Assembly: GCA_964016885.1 (NCBI GenBank)
Contig: OZ024740.1
Span: 120,900,001 to 120,964,000 of the forward strand
Direction: 5' to 3'
DNA length: 64,000 bases
DNA from: Eledone cirrhosa
Lineage: Eukaryota
This document shows positions 1 through 14,396 of this stretch, one piece after another (within the stretch, counting starts at the first letter, position 1; every line of letters begins with the position of its first letter). A program made the translations under genes and the position numbers. The notes below the pieces were generated by a model. The model was not told the DNA's origin and ran no database searches. It saw only the letters and a program-made list of their open reading frames with translations.

Positions 1-1479
1 ACTTTAGAATGAAGATATATAGACTTGTGTTAGAGGCAGATTAGGTCTTAACACCGGACCCGGCATTCGGTTGACACTGTCTAATAGACAACTAACTGCT
101 GAGGGTTTTCGGTAGATTTTGTCGATTTGCATTACTTTGTATAGTACTGAATTTATCAATCTAGGAGAGAGGAAAAGCCAAGTTGACTTGTATCACATTT
201 GAACTCTAAAATCTCCCATAAGACATAATCAAATACCACAATCCATTTTATCCAACACTCTTTTGTTGATGTTGGACTCCTGTTAGTTTCGAGTATGAGT
301 ATTCCTGATTTTCAAACAACCGAATGGGATGCTTTTGAAATTAATGCCAGGAAAAGTTAGTGTGAGAGCGTGTATAACTGGACTGGCCTTTGAATTTCAA
401 GTACAGGCTATTCAATGAGTTTTCAAACAACTCCATTATTCCCACCTTCAATTACAAGGCTTACATTGACACGGGGTTATAGTAAATGATACTTCCTCAA
501 TATACCATTCTACAAACTCAAGTAAATGTGACGTAATTCTCAGGTAGATTAAATAAGAAATATAGGTACAATCAATTCGATGGGCTTTCAAATAGTCTCC
601 CTTAGTCCAATTTCACTCAAAATGCTTGGGTTGGCTCAAATTAATGAAAATTGCCCAAGTTGCCACGCTATGGTTGCAAAGCAAATTTCTTAAATGCTCG
701 GTCATGCTACGTCCATACAATTTATATATTGCCAGTTGGAAATATTGCCCTTTCACAAATAGAATAACCTAAACAGCAAAGCAAGGAATTACGTAAATAT
801 TGATCAATTGGAATACATTTCAGACTTAAGGCAATAACGAATATTTGGCTAATGCATGACAATACTGAAACCTCTGAAAGCCTCACTATGCATTAGAATA
901 CACTTCACTACACACAAAAATAGATTTACGCTGTTAGCACCCAATATTACATCAAACTATAGGATTGTAAGAAGCAGTTTCCAACAGTATCGGTACTGGC
1001 AAATAGAAGGAAAGCAATAATGTAACAAACTATAACAACAACAATAGCATTAACAATGGATGGGTTTAAGAATAAGAAAATAATGTTATCAGAATCATAT
1101 ATTTATAAAATAATGAAAGTTAAGGTGGATGTAAAGTCAGTATTAATTTTAGCCATAATTATTTTCTAGATTCGTCACCCTGTTTAACACCGCTACCTAA
1201 CGTATGAATGGAGAAGCATACTAAGTGAAACAGCAGTAGGAGAGGTAGTTGGCCCCGGGCGCAACTATGAAGACACGCAAATTTTGCTTTGTATTATACA
1301 TGGTCCTGTAACTTCTATTGGGAGCGGGTAGAGACACCATATTAAGATGAGGTGCATATAGGGCATATCTGAACCTGGCGGAGACCATCTCCGCTCCAGT
1401 TCCGAACACTGCAGATTTCTACGAGAGAAATTTAGAGATTGATGCAGTAGAACGTAGGAAAACACATAGAGGAAGAATC

Positions 1480-1630
1480 TACCACAGTACTATACTGATA
1501 CTTTTTCGACCTCAAATGGATGAAAGGCAAAGTTGACCCCGGCAAGATATGAACGAAGAGAGCGGAGAGCCGGAACGAATAACACAATTCATTCTATCTT
1601 ACGTTCTAGCGACTCTGCTAATTCACCACC
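1480..1630 (-). mobile_element. SINE remnant (family also at 13.6, 21, 28.4, 37-40 kb)
   Basis: ttcgacctcaaatggatgaaaggcaaagttgaccccggc is the reverse complement of the family core gccgaggttaactttgcctttcatcc..ggggtcgataaa; a fainter copy lies at about 130-250. Confidence 0.55.
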
Positions 1631-2010
1631 TTTTTCTGTATTATGAAATCTGTTAATTATTATTTAGCAGTTTTGAAAAAGTTATGTAGAGTCCATGGCC
1701 TTCATAAACTATTAACGGTTGCGTAACACTTTGTTTTCAAGTAATTTTGGAAATATTGATGCATTTGGAGGTATTTAGTAATATAACTTCCTCATTAATT
1801 ATCTGGTGTTTCAAAGATAATATATCATTAGAATAGAGCATTTTCAGATAAATATAACTACTGTAACATAAACAGCGTTGTATCACAGGAACAATGTTTC
1901 AAATATATATCACTAGACCACCCGTGACCTTCAAAATATTTTTTTTAAATCATGTTCAATTAAAAACAATTTTTTAATAATTAAAACATACACAGACATG
2001 TATAAAATGT

Positions 2011-2012
<2 letters not shown>

Positions 2013-2094
<82 letters not shown>

Positions 2095-2146
2095 GTGCGT
2101 GGATATATACATATATATATATATAAATGTGTGTGTGTATATATAT
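2013..2146. repeat. (TA)n/(TG)n microsatellite
   Basis: Directly visible. Confidence 0.95.
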
Positions 2147-2234
2147 AGATCACAGACACCCACCTTGCGCCTTAAGAAAATTGTTGTAATATCACATTAT
2201 AACACTTAAATATGTGATAAGCCAAACAAGAAAG

Positions 2235-2810
2235 CTTTAAAGTGGACGAGCTAAGTGCTAGAAATATTAACCAGATATTCCACAAATCATGCCCCACTCA
2301 ACCTTTTTAAAATAAATACTGTGTTGTAAGAAAGGAAGTTTTGGTCACAGCTGAAATATTTTTGGTCATAGGTTTACTGAACCAGTGTTGACTTGGGGGT
2401 CTAAACAACACGACTAATTTATATTTGTAAGAAACGAAAGAAAGATGCTTCAAAGTGGTTAATCTGCATGCTAGAAATACTAACTAATCAATCTCAAATA
2501 ATACACTAACCAATAACTAAAAAAGATTCACCATACTTCGATAAATTGTCACTGGAGGAACATTTTAGATCATAGGACTGGTCACGTACGGCTGATTTGG
2601 GACTCAAAAGTAACTTAGAAGAGCGAGACTTATAAATGGTCGAATAGAACTAAATTTTCCTCAGGTTCCACGTTAGCATCTTAAAAGGAACAGCCAAATT
2701 GGGAATTCAACCATTCTGTCCGAGAAAAATAAAAATGAGATGATCACAGCTAGAACATCGTTATAATAGTTCTGCTCAATCAAAGCTGACGTTGGTCTAA
2801 ACAATACCTA
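2235..2810 (+). repeat. Three degenerate tandem ~200-bp units of an interspersed repeat
   Basis: Recurring gctagaaata, tcacagct, catagg and ggtctaaacaa blocks; similar blocks near 39.8 and 40.7 kb. Confidence 0.45.
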
Positions 2811-3181
2811 GTTATGACTTTTTAAACGGAAAGAATATGCACTTGTAAACATTGATATTCGAAAAGAAATATTAGTTCTATATGGTCATGAGCATTTGAA
2901 CAATATAAGTACGGTGGACCCGCACCTTTTGCGGGTTTATATTGCACCTCTGAACATATGAGCTCGGAAAAATCACTTCATGTAAAGGATTAAAGTCTAA
3001 AATTTATCATTTCGTTTTCTTTGGTTCTTGTCAGTCTCCAGTGTACCTGATATCATATCGCCTCTAAAACATTGACGTAAACAGTGCAACGAGTTAGGGA
3101 ATCAATTGATTGTGTAAAAAGTTAAGTGGAAATATCCAAGAGTAAGAGCACTCAGTCCATAGGAAGAGTTTAGTATCAATA

Positions 3182-3308
3182 ATTACAACAGTGACATAGG
3201 CAGGTACTCAAGTTTCGTTCGGTTCTGGACCCCAATTACTTCAGCCTGAAGAAACTGGGGCCCAGAACCCAACGAAACTTGAGTACCAGTCTATGTCACT
3301 GTTGTAAT
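3182..3308. repeat. Fold-back palindrome (63-bp arms, 1-nt spacer) made of a 5'-truncated hammerhead motif
   Basis: Arms 3182-3244 and 3246-3308 are near reverse complements; the right arm reads CTGAAGA-aacTGGG..CCCAac-GAAA-C-TTGA-G-TA. Confidence 0.85.
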
Positions 3309-3313
3309 CATAT

Positions 3314-3346
<33 letters not shown>

Positions 3347-6038
3347 AAGTGAAGAATAACATGGTCAACAGTACAAACAAGGAGATTTATTTACAGTCTA
3401 ACAATTGTTTCCATGATAGAGTTGTCTAGAAATTGCTAAACACTGAAGACAGCATAACTCAATTTAAAATACATACAACCTCCATCATTTCATCAGAAAC
3501 TGATAAGAAATACAAAATACATGCGTAACGGAAAACTTATAAATTCAAATTACTACATCAATAATAGTATTAATGATAAAGAATTAGAAATAAAGGAAGG
3601 GGGACAGATGGAAAGGAAAGGGAAAAAAAGAAGAACGGCGAAAGAGAGAACGAAGATATAGTTAAATGTATAACCGGCAAAGTTACGAAATCGAACTATC
3701 ACATCAAAATAAATATAATATTAATAATAAAGATACAGATAGAAAGAAAGAAGGGAGGATGTAGTAAAGGTAGAGAAGAACAAGAAGGATGAATAAGGAA
3801 GAGGAGAAAGAGATAGAGGAAGATTAAGAAGGAGGAAGGAAGCATGGAAGGATAATCATTATTGATGAATACGGGATAGGAAGGAGAGAAAAAAGGAAGA
3901 TAAACAGACGGACGAATATACATTACTGCAGGGATGAAAGCAAATAAGAAATAGAGATTTAAGCAAAGAGATAAATAAATAAATAAATGAATAAATGCAT
4001 AAATAAAAGGATATATAAATAGATAAATAAATAGATAGATGAATAAATAAACAATTTACATCTATTGTTATAAAAAAGGTATATGTGAAACGTAGAGACG
4101 AGAATAAATAGATAAATAATAACTAAATAAATAAATAATTGAATATTTAAATTAGCTAATTTGAGATGTATTACATGATAGGATAAAATGATCGAGATGA
4201 AATAGGTTTAAGTGGAGAAATGCAAAGACAAATGGTGAAAGATGTAGGTGTATAAGATAATAAATGATGTAAATACAAATAAAATAAAAATAATGATGTA
4301 AATACAAATGTTCTGAAGTTGTTCTTTGGTAATTATAAAGTTAGTGAAAATTTGATATCGTAATAGATACTAAAGGTATAAAAAGGGATAAGGCATAGAA
4401 AATGGAGTTAAGCTAGTCTAAAGTTCAGGAATTTCGTTGCTGATTTGTGCCGGCAAAAGATAGTTCGTTCAATTCTACTGTTAAGAAGGATTTTACTGAA
4501 ATTAAGAATTTGGAAAAGCTCCATATTACAGAGCCTACAATGGGACATACCAGTTTGATAGGCCTTAGCTTTGACAGTATTGACCAACTGATCCCGTATT
4601 CAGTGCCTGCATTCCTGAGTTGCCAGATTTTGTTGGCGAGAGTTGTTGTATTTGATTGATTCTTATTAATCATATAATGTCTGTCCACGTACCACCGTTT
4701 TTAAAAACACCTGCTGTGGAACCAATGCAATACCATGCCAAGCTACCTGAGTTGATAGGACAATGTATACTACATTTTTCTCCAGGCATCTGTTTAGTAG
4801 AGGGCATTTGTAAAGTAAGTGGCAGTCACATAGAAATGCTTTCCTATGCGCCGGTTCTACTATATAATTTTGAAGATTGTTATGTATGGGCTGCGAATTA
4901 GGTTTGTTGATGTATTGTGGTGGTGTTCTCGGGCGTGTGTTCGGTTGCGATGATGTAATATGCGTGTGTTCTGTATTTGGTGATATGGACCTTACATGCG
5001 GGCTACTTGGATTATGAATTCTTTTGTAGTTAATTTTGTGAATGTGCGATTCTATGTTCTTGGCAGTGGAGTATGATAGTTTGATAGTTTGATAGTTTTT
5101 CTATTAAAGATTTTATGATATTTATGAATTTTAGGGAAGTGTTTGTCAATTAATTTAAAGAAAGTGAAAGGAAGCTTAGTTTTATTAGAGGAGTTAAACA
5201 TTGGATTAAACCATAATTAGTTTCTATTTCTGCATCTTCTATGGCTACTAGTGGTTTTTGTATTAGCATTCTGTTTATTTAAATTAGGTGTATGCTGCCA
5301 ATTTATGCATTTAGACCTAGGTTTGGTGTTTCTATGGTTGTGGGAAGTATTATTCACATTAAGTGTGTTGCTATTTTTAGTATCTGGTATGTATTTGAGT
5401 CGCTCTTCATGGCCTGCCTTAAGTAAAGCTAAGTTGTTGTAGCTAGCGTGTTCGTTAAATATTTCCTGGATAGAGGATCGGCCAGAGATTCTAAGGGATA
5501 TACTATGCGCTATGGAGTTAATTATGGATCTAGGATGGTTCGCGTTATAGTCAATGTAAGCTAAATGTTCATTATTCTTGTGGATGGGTTCTATTAGTCC
5601 TGAGTTAAGGTTAAACGATACGTCCAAGAAGTTGACTCTTTTAGAGTTGGGCTCAAAAGTAATGCTCATGCCTAATTCATTAAAGAATTTTCTAATCTGC
5701 TTCCTTAATCTTTCTAAGGTTTGGCTATTTAAATTTCTAGCTAAAAGCAGAGTATCGTCACTATAGATTCCGCCTTGTAGGTTACCAAATTGTCTATGTA
5801 AGAAATATGCTATAGATTCCAACCAAGTCTGTGATTTGGGCTGAGTCGTTTGATCCCATAGTTATATCGAAGTTATTCTGCCTTTTTTTTCGCTCCCAGT
5901 AGCTGTTGACGAATTTAATGAGTGTTATTCTAGCAGCTAGTATTATTTCAATCGCATCTGCTGAAAGATCCGAATTTTTTGGTGCAAAGGATAGTGCCTT
6001 ATTAAGGGTGACTGGGGAGATAGAAGAGTAGTAGCCAT
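3347..6038 (-). mobile_element. Decayed, 5'-truncated Penelope-like element (Hydra-clade-like), RT + GIY-YIG
   Basis: GGIYSDD, VNFLDV, NHP and WFNP motifs, GIY-YIG tail remnants in ORF 4425-4688; similar to the 53236-55149 protein; frameshifted; both ends at (TA)n. Confidence 0.85.
3394..3502 (-). ncRNA. Type I hammerhead motif with 78-nt stem II region
   Basis: Minus strand: CAGTTT CTGATGA A-ATGATGGAGGTTGT..ACAACTCTATCAT-G GAAA C AATT G TT AGACTG; stem I CAGTTT/AGACTG; palindromic stem III ACAATTGT. Confidence 0.75.
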
Positions 6039-6052
6039 TTATGTCAAACTGT

Positions 6053-6745
<693 letters not shown>

Positions 6746-7162
6746 ATCTATTATATAAATATGAAATGGGCGAAAATTGTCTGAGTCTTGTCTAGATACA
6801 GGCAAAAGTGTAGTACCAATGCTGTGATTGTCATGAATATTTACACATTCATGTAAAAGGTGCTGAGGAAGCGACAGGTCTACTTGGGGTTCTCTAAATT
6901 GAAAATTGTAGTCTCTGGGGCAACAAAACTGTCTTTTTCTATCGATTTTACCTCCCTATAATTTCTTAGCTTTACTCTCTCCGTCGCTCTTCCATATGTC
7001 TATAATAGATCATTCCTCCTCTCTATAATTTAACTGGTTTACTCTCTCTCTCACTCTTCACTCCCTATATGACAACACTGCAGAGAGAGTTAGGCCGTTA
7101 GAATAGTAGAGAAAGATAGATAGGCCGTTAGACAGAGAGATACAATTAAAGTGTTAGATATT

Positions 7163-7251
<89 letters not shown>

Positions 7252-7339
7252 ACCAGCAAACTTTAGTTAACTTTCAGTAACATGTTATATATCTTTGATC
7301 TGTCGTCGCTCGCCTAACACACACACACACACACACACG

Positions 7340-8537
7340 ATACTTATATAAAGCTGAGCGTCGTGTGTATGTATGTATGTATGTATGTATGTATGTATGT
7401 ATCCTACACAGCTCGCTATAATATTTAACCTAAAATACTTTTATATCCATCTCTTAGTTAAGCATTTCCAATTCATTATACGTAAACAATGACATTAACT
7501 TTTCGCTTTTAGCTTAGCATTTTATTTTCAACGCCTCCATTTTTTAATGCAACTTTTTATTGAAACGACTACGTGCTCTCAGTGGTTCAGTATTTAACCT
7601 AAAATACATTTACACTGCTTCTATAGTATCGTTATACGATATGCCTAACCGAAAAAGACCAGTATTTTCTTCTAAACGAAATAAAGCCCTTATATTGCGA
7701 AGAATGGGGGCGCGTGCGTAGGTACGTTTTTTTTATCGATATCCTTTATTATTTTGCTTCTTTTATCTCCATAAAAATGTATTTCTGTTTTGAGAAGTTG
7801 TATAACAGTAATGGCCGAGTTAAAGCATTCAGTTTTGTTTTTAACTTCAGGAGACATCGGATGCAAGGGAGGCTCGTCTTACTGCCCAGTGCAATCAGCG
7901 CCAACTCTCACTCCTCGAGGAGACTCCGGAGGCAAGAGAGACCCGTCTTTCTGCCCAGCGACGAGACCCGGAGGCAAGGGAAGACCGTCTTTCTGATCAG
8001 CGAACTCGAAACCAACTCTCACTTCTCGACGAGACTCCGGAGGCAAGGGAGGACCGTCTTTCTGGCTAGCGCACTCGACGTCAACACTCACGTCTCAACG
8101 AGACTCTGAAGGCAAGGGAAGAAAAGCTGGCAGGTAGACGGCGTAAACTTCAAGAAAATGCTACTACTACAAGTGACACTTTTTGCTCAAAAGCTGGCTT
8201 TAACTACAATCCTTCTGATGATTACACCAATCACCCGGATTTGGCTCTTGGAAAAATGGATAAGGTATGTCAGTCCTGTGGGGTTAAGAAGTGGGTCGGT
8301 GAGGCTCCAGGTCTTTGTTGTTCCGAGGGTTAAGTTCGACTTCAGGCGCTGGCTGATCCTCCTCAGTTGCTGCAAAATCTTCTCATTGGTATCTCTGACC
8401 ACGGAGTGAAGTTTCGCAAAAGCATTTGGAGATACAATTCATGCTTCGCTATGGCATCATTTGGTGTAAGGGATGGCAGAAACAACAAAAAGAACAACAA
8501 CAACAGCAACAACACCGGTGTCGCCAGCAATTGTGAC

Positions 8538-8597
<60 letters not shown>

Positions 8598-11500
8598 AAA
8601 ATTTACACCTATAAAATTCAAGGTCAGTGTTACCACCTAATCGAAAGCCTTCGCCCACAGCTAGGCGAGGAGCCTAAATTCCTCCATGTATTCTTCATGG
8701 GCGGGAATGATGAGGAAGTTTCCAAAAGATGCAAGATCAATTCATCTGTTGACGGAAACATTGTTGCGGAACTTCAAACTATGCTCCATGCAACCCATCC
8801 ATACGTCCGTGACTTGAAGCGTACTTTGGAGCTTTTGGACTCTAGACATGAGATGAAATTGGTCATCAGAGCTGACAGACGACCTATGGGTGGGCATCCT
8901 GGATATTTCAACGCTCCAACTACCAACGAGATAGCAGCAATCATGGTTGGTGAAAATCATGGTGCACGTGACATCATCATTCAGCATCGCAATAACAGAC
9001 TGATGTTCGTTGCAGAAACCCATCGGTCGTACGATTGCTTGCAGTACCCTCTACTTTTTCCCTACGGTGAGGACGGCTACAACTTCGAGATTCCCACAAT
9101 TGATCCGAAAAGTCTTGCTGCTTTACCAAAGAAAGTTTTCAGCATGGGTTTTATGCATTCCGACTCATGATCAGAGACGGTCAATTCAACCAACTACTTA
9201 GGTTCAAAGAGGTGACAAACCAGTTCTTGGTTGATATGTACGCAAAGATTTAAGCGGAACGTCTTCTGTACATACGTACCCACCAAAAAGAACTAAGAGG
9301 GATTCAATACGCTCATCTTAAGGATGCTTTGCAGCGTGACGGTGACGCAACCAATGTTGGGCATCAGGTGATCCTTCCTTCAAGCTTTAGTGGCTCACCC
9401 CGGTATATACATAAACGGACACAGGATGCCATGGCGTATGTCCGTAAGTTTGGGCGGCTAGATCTTTTTATTACCTTCACATGTAATTCTAATTGGGTGG
9501 AGATTGAGGAGAATTTATTCGCAGGCCAGGTGACGAGTGACAGGCATGATATTACAGCCAGTCTTCCACGGAAAGTTGAAGAAACTAATGTGCTTGCTGA
9601 AAGATAAGGCCCTCTACGGACAACTCAATGCTTGGATCTATACTGAGGAATGGCAGAAGCGGGGTCTTCCACACGCACATATTCTTATTTAGTGTAAAGA
9701 ACGAATCAGACCTACGGACATTGATCGCATTATATGTGCAGAGTTGCCCGATCCCCAAATTGATTTTCAGCTTTACAACATTATGCTGGCTAATAGGATA
9801 CATGGACCCTGTGGTGCTCTTAACAGCCAATATTCATGCATGGAGGGGAACGAGTGCACCAAACACGACCCCAGAGCCTTCACCAGGGAAACTTGCACTG
9901 GGGTTGACGGGTACCCCATCTACCGGCGGCGTGCTCCCGATTTTGGCGGCCTTTCGGATAGGATTAAGAAGAAAGGGAAATAATACGACATTGACAATGC
10001 CTTACAGCCCTTTGCTTGCTAACATTTTTAATGCTCACATCAATGTCGAGTCCTGCCTATCTGTTAAAAGGATTAAATACATCTGCAAATACATCAACAA
10101 AGGCGGCGACATGGCGGTGGTTGGCCTCAGTGATGGCGTAGAATCAAAAGACGAAATTACACAGTTCATGATGGGAAGAAACATTTCGCACAATATGGAG
10201 GCTTGGCGCATTTTGGGGCTTGACATTCACCGGTGCTCTCCAGCAGTTGTTAACTTGGATGTTCACTTAGAGAATGGTGAACGCGTTTATTTCACTGAGG
10301 AAACCGCATCGGCTGCTGCGGAACAGCCACCTGAGACGACGCTTACAGCATTTTTTAAGCTATGTTTTGTCGATACGCTTGCAGCTACCCTTTTTTACGT
10401 CGATGTACCTACCTACTTCATTTGGTCGAACAAAAAATGGCATCGGCGGCGACAAGGGGAAACAGTTGAGGATTGGGTAGGTATCTTCAGAAGTAATGCC
10501 ATCGGACGCGTGTACAATGTTCATCCGCAGCAACAAGAATGCTTTTTCCTGCGAATGTTGCTGCATCAAATCAAAGGGCCCAAGTCATTCGCCGGCCTAA
10601 GACTTTTCGATGGTCACATATGTTCCAGTTACAGGGACGCGTGCCTGAAGCGCGGGCTACTCAAGGATGATGCCCACCTGAACGTGCCGTTGACAGGGCT
10701 GCTGAATGTAAGATGCCTCGAGAAATGAGACGTCTGTTTTGCATAATGCTATTGTTATGCGGCATAGGTGAGCCCCTTAAGCTTTGGGAAACGCATAAAG
10801 ACAACATGTCAGACGACATCATCCGTTGGCTACGAGCAGAAGATCCAGCGGCTGGCTTTGCTTTCAACGACGCGGTGTATAATGAGGCCCTCATCGACAT
10901 GGACAACCATCTTAAAGCTCTTGGAGTTAGCGCTGTATTTGATTTCGGTTTGCCACAACCTCGAAACACTCACAGTGCTTTCGATGTGGAGTTCATGCGT
11001 GAGTTAAATTACAACATCGACACATGAGGTAGCTCAGGACGAACCCAGACTTTTGCATGACCAGAGACGGGCATATGACAGAATTCTCTCCAGTGTCAAT
11101 TCAAATGAGGGACAACTATTTTTCCTGGCGGAACAGGAAAAATTATTCTCATCAATCTATTGCTTGTAAAGCTACGAAAAGACAAGCGGATTGCTTTAGC
11201 GGTCGCCTCCAGTGGTATTGCGGCGACACTGTTACATGGCGGTCGTACGGCCCACTCCGCATTCAAATTGCCTTTGGACATTGCAAAGGAGAATCCTACA
11301 TGTAGAATAGATCATGGTAACCCTAAAGCACATCTTCTTTCTGAGTGCTGCTTGATCATACGGGACGAGGCTACCATGAGTCACAAGGTGGCCTTTGAGG
11401 CTCTGGATCGAACTCTCAAGGATTTGCGTCGGAACTCACGCGTCATGGGTGGAGCGACACTACTGCTGGCTGGCAATATCCGACAGACTCTTCCTGTTAT

Positions 11501-12290
11501 CACTAGAGGCACTAGAGCTGACGAAGTGAACGCATGCATCAAGTCGGCCTACGTATGGCAGTATGTCCACAAACTACATCTGACTACCAACATGAGAGTG
11601 CATGTGCATGGTCACGCAGACACCATCGATTTCTCAAAACATCTACTGGAATTTGGTAATGGAACTACACCTGGAGTGGATGAAGAGCGTATCCGTTTGC
11701 CTTTTGGGAACTTTGTGTCAAACATTGACGAATTAATGTCATCTGTATTTCTAGACCTTGAATCACGATTCCATGATCACACCTGGCTGAAAGGGAGAGT
11801 TATTTTGGCACCACACAATGCCACTATTGACGTGAACCAAAAACTACTCGTTCAGATTCCCGGAAATGAAGTCTCCTTCAAGTCCATTGACAACAATAAA
11901 AACGCGGATGACGCCGTCATCTACCCAATTGAATCCCTCAACAGTCAACTACCTCCAGGACTTCCTCCTCATGATCTAAAACTGAAGGTTGGTGTGCCAG
12001 TTATGCTGCTGAGAAACCTGTATGCACCAGAACTTATGCAACGGAACGCGTTTAATCCTAAAAAAAATAAGGACACAAATTCTAGAGACAACCATTTTGA
12101 GCGGACCTGCTGCTGGCGTGACCAGGTTAATTACCCCTATGAGCTTTAGTCCTTCTGACGTCCCCTATGAATTTACGCGACGGCAGTTTTCCATAAAACT
12201 CTGCTTTGCAATGAGCATTAACAAAGCACAAGGACAATCGCTGCAAGTGGTTGGCCTAAATCTAACACAGTAGATATTTGCCCATGGTTC
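7340..12290 (+). mobile_element. Helitron, decayed Rep/PIF1-helicase
   Basis: Rep motifs DLFITFTCN, EWQKRGLPHAHIL (~9648) and KYICKYINKG; helicase motifs VASSGIAATLL, DEATM, RQTLPV and FAMSINKAQGQSL; many stops and frameshifts; 5' limit inferred from TACTTATATAAAGCTGAG + (TATG)n. Confidence 0.93.
7900..8125 (+). repeat. Coding tandem repeats (ETPEARE[T/D]RL, ~23 aa), STPR-like, at the Helitron N-terminus
   Basis: gagactccggaggcaag-like blocks at about 7920, 7964, 8031 and 8102; translation in a frame not in the ORF track. Confidence 0.6.
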
Positions 12291-12294
12291 ACAC

Positions 12295-12890
12295 AATCTC
12301 TTCATGAGGGGTATAAGAAGAGATGCGGTTCGAAAAATATATATTGCAGTCTCCACCCAACGTTTTAATAACTGGCGATGGTCCTGTGACCTGTCCTGAA
12401 AGACATGGGATGAAAGCAGAACATCTTATGACTCCTGAGACATTTCAGAAGAGAGCAAACATTATGAATTGACACATTGGTTCAATGAAGAACCCAACGA
12501 TGCCATCTGGGCAAAGAATGAGGCTTACAAAGCTTGGTTTGGAAATAAGACATCCTTCTTATAGTTGCAGTAGAAACAAGCGTGAAAAGTTACAAAAGTG
12601 ACAGTAAAGACGTCCTAAGTTAAGACATGGAAGGGCTTTGGGGTTCAAATAAAATCAGATTACAGATCAGCAAATAAATGTTCTGGCAGACCATCCGCCG
12701 ACTTCGTAATAAAATATTCTCCACCACGCTTGCTATCAGGAACGCGTCAGTGGTGACTCCTTGCTAGTTGGAGATAAATCATCTGGTAACCCCGGTCACA
12801 ACAACTTTCTTTGGGGAACACGATGTGAATCTGGGAACGATGATTAACTTGTCGGTGACAGATGTCTCAAACGCAATTAGAGAGCTGAAA
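12295..12890 (+). mobile_element. RTE-like LINE fragment (region upstream of RT)
   Basis: Remnants WFNEE, AKNEAYKAW, FWQTIRRLR and DVSNAIRELK. Confidence 0.65.
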
Positions 12891-13599
12891 TGTGTCAAAT
12901 TTCTTGTTTGGATGTGATCAACTTGTATTGAAATGTTCTGCAAACATCATGCCTATTTTATTTTTCACTCTTACTAGAGGGGAGTGTAGCTTTTACATTT
13001 GTGTGCATATGATACTCATTGTCATATGGCCAATAGCTTTTCGTAATTCATTAATATTGTTTTCTGTTTTTGAAATATACGATGGCAACTTTGAGTTGTT
13101 TTGTTTCTGTTATACATCTTTAGTATTATCAAATTTATGATTCCCTCTCATTGCTACGGCATATAGACAGACGCCAACTTGCCAAAATACAAGGGCTTTA
13201 ATATTCATCCCTAATTTCGTCGATAGCATGCATAATTTTATTATTTGTTTTATTGTTTAATATTGTCGTTTTATGTGGCTTTCGAGAGAACGATTCATTC
13301 ACTGATTAATCTCTGTTTGGAAAGTTTCGCTAAGGATATATTTCAACGATTTATACTCTTCAATTTTCCCGCTAACTTTAGACTTATTATCATTGATGTT
13401 GATGGTTAATGTAACTGGGAAATATAGCAGTCTGTTGTGGCACATAGTGTCACATTTGTCGCCAGCATGGGTGTTTAAACAGATCGCGTGTATTGCTGTT
13501 GTTTGTTGTTGGTGACATGTTCTGTCACGTGTGATTGCATGTCCCATCTTTGAAACTGTTCACTTAGTGTTGTTATTTGTAGGCGTTTCAGACTTTTAT

Positions 13600-13785
13600 T
13601 ATTGGCAGTATCGGTAGAGGGTCGGACGTCATGCGTTGACGTGTAGAGTTACGGCCCTTGCCATTCTGAGTTCAAATCCAGCCGAGGTTAACTTTGCCTT
13701 TCATCCTTACGGGGTCGATAAAATAAAGTACCAGTAATGCACTGGCTAATTGCTGGCCTTGTGCCAAAAGTAGAAAAATTATTGT
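13600..13785 (+). mobile_element. SINE
   Basis: ctgagttcaaatccagccgaggttaactttgcctttcatccttacggggtcgataaaataaagtaccagt with B-box-like GAGTTCAAAT; tail ggccttgtgcc..agtagaaa. Confidence 0.75.
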
Positions 13786-14396
13786 TTGAATATATTTTAT
13801 ATATTATTACGTTCGATAAATGTTGCTAGTTGGCGTAATTTTTAGCTGTGAAATGATTTAGCTCTGGATGAAATTCATCCCAGTGTAGCTTCATTCTGTT
13901 TATATAACTCAACAGAGTGATTTTTATTTGCCCCTTTAGATCAATTAAGCAGATAGTTATTGAGTTTGTAGATCCTAGAGAATTGCGATTTATATTTTGG
14001 TTACTTATCTAAAAACAGTTAAAAATATTCTTTTTACGCTTCTCGTGTTGGTTTTCTTCAATTCAGTGTTATGGATGTCATGTCCAGCCATGTTGTTTGT
14101 AGCAAATCCTTGAAAGTGAATTCAATATTTAGTTAGATATTTCTACGATGTATGTTCTTCTAGTTTTATAATTTTATAAATTTTTGCCAAGAGAGAGAGC
14201 CGGTTTCGAACATAGTTACAAGACTCTCTCATTGGAATTTACACAATATCAACTAGGAAGATATGTCTGCATGTCTGCATGCATGTATGTGTGTGCAGTT
14301 ATGGATGTCATTGTATGTGTGAATGTGGATGTTTTGAGTTATATGTGTGCATGTGAAAATGCTTTGTATCTGTACAAATGTATATGCAGTTATTAG

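Noticed and set aside
2910-2940. Hairpin acccgc-acctttt-gcgggt resembling a DNA-transposon end or terminator
   Set aside because: No partner end or target-site duplication found; bacterial-type terminators are not relevant here.
12890-13570. Faint GIY-YIG-like remnant on the minus strand (FAEHFN)
   Set aside because: Single short motif; too degraded to support.
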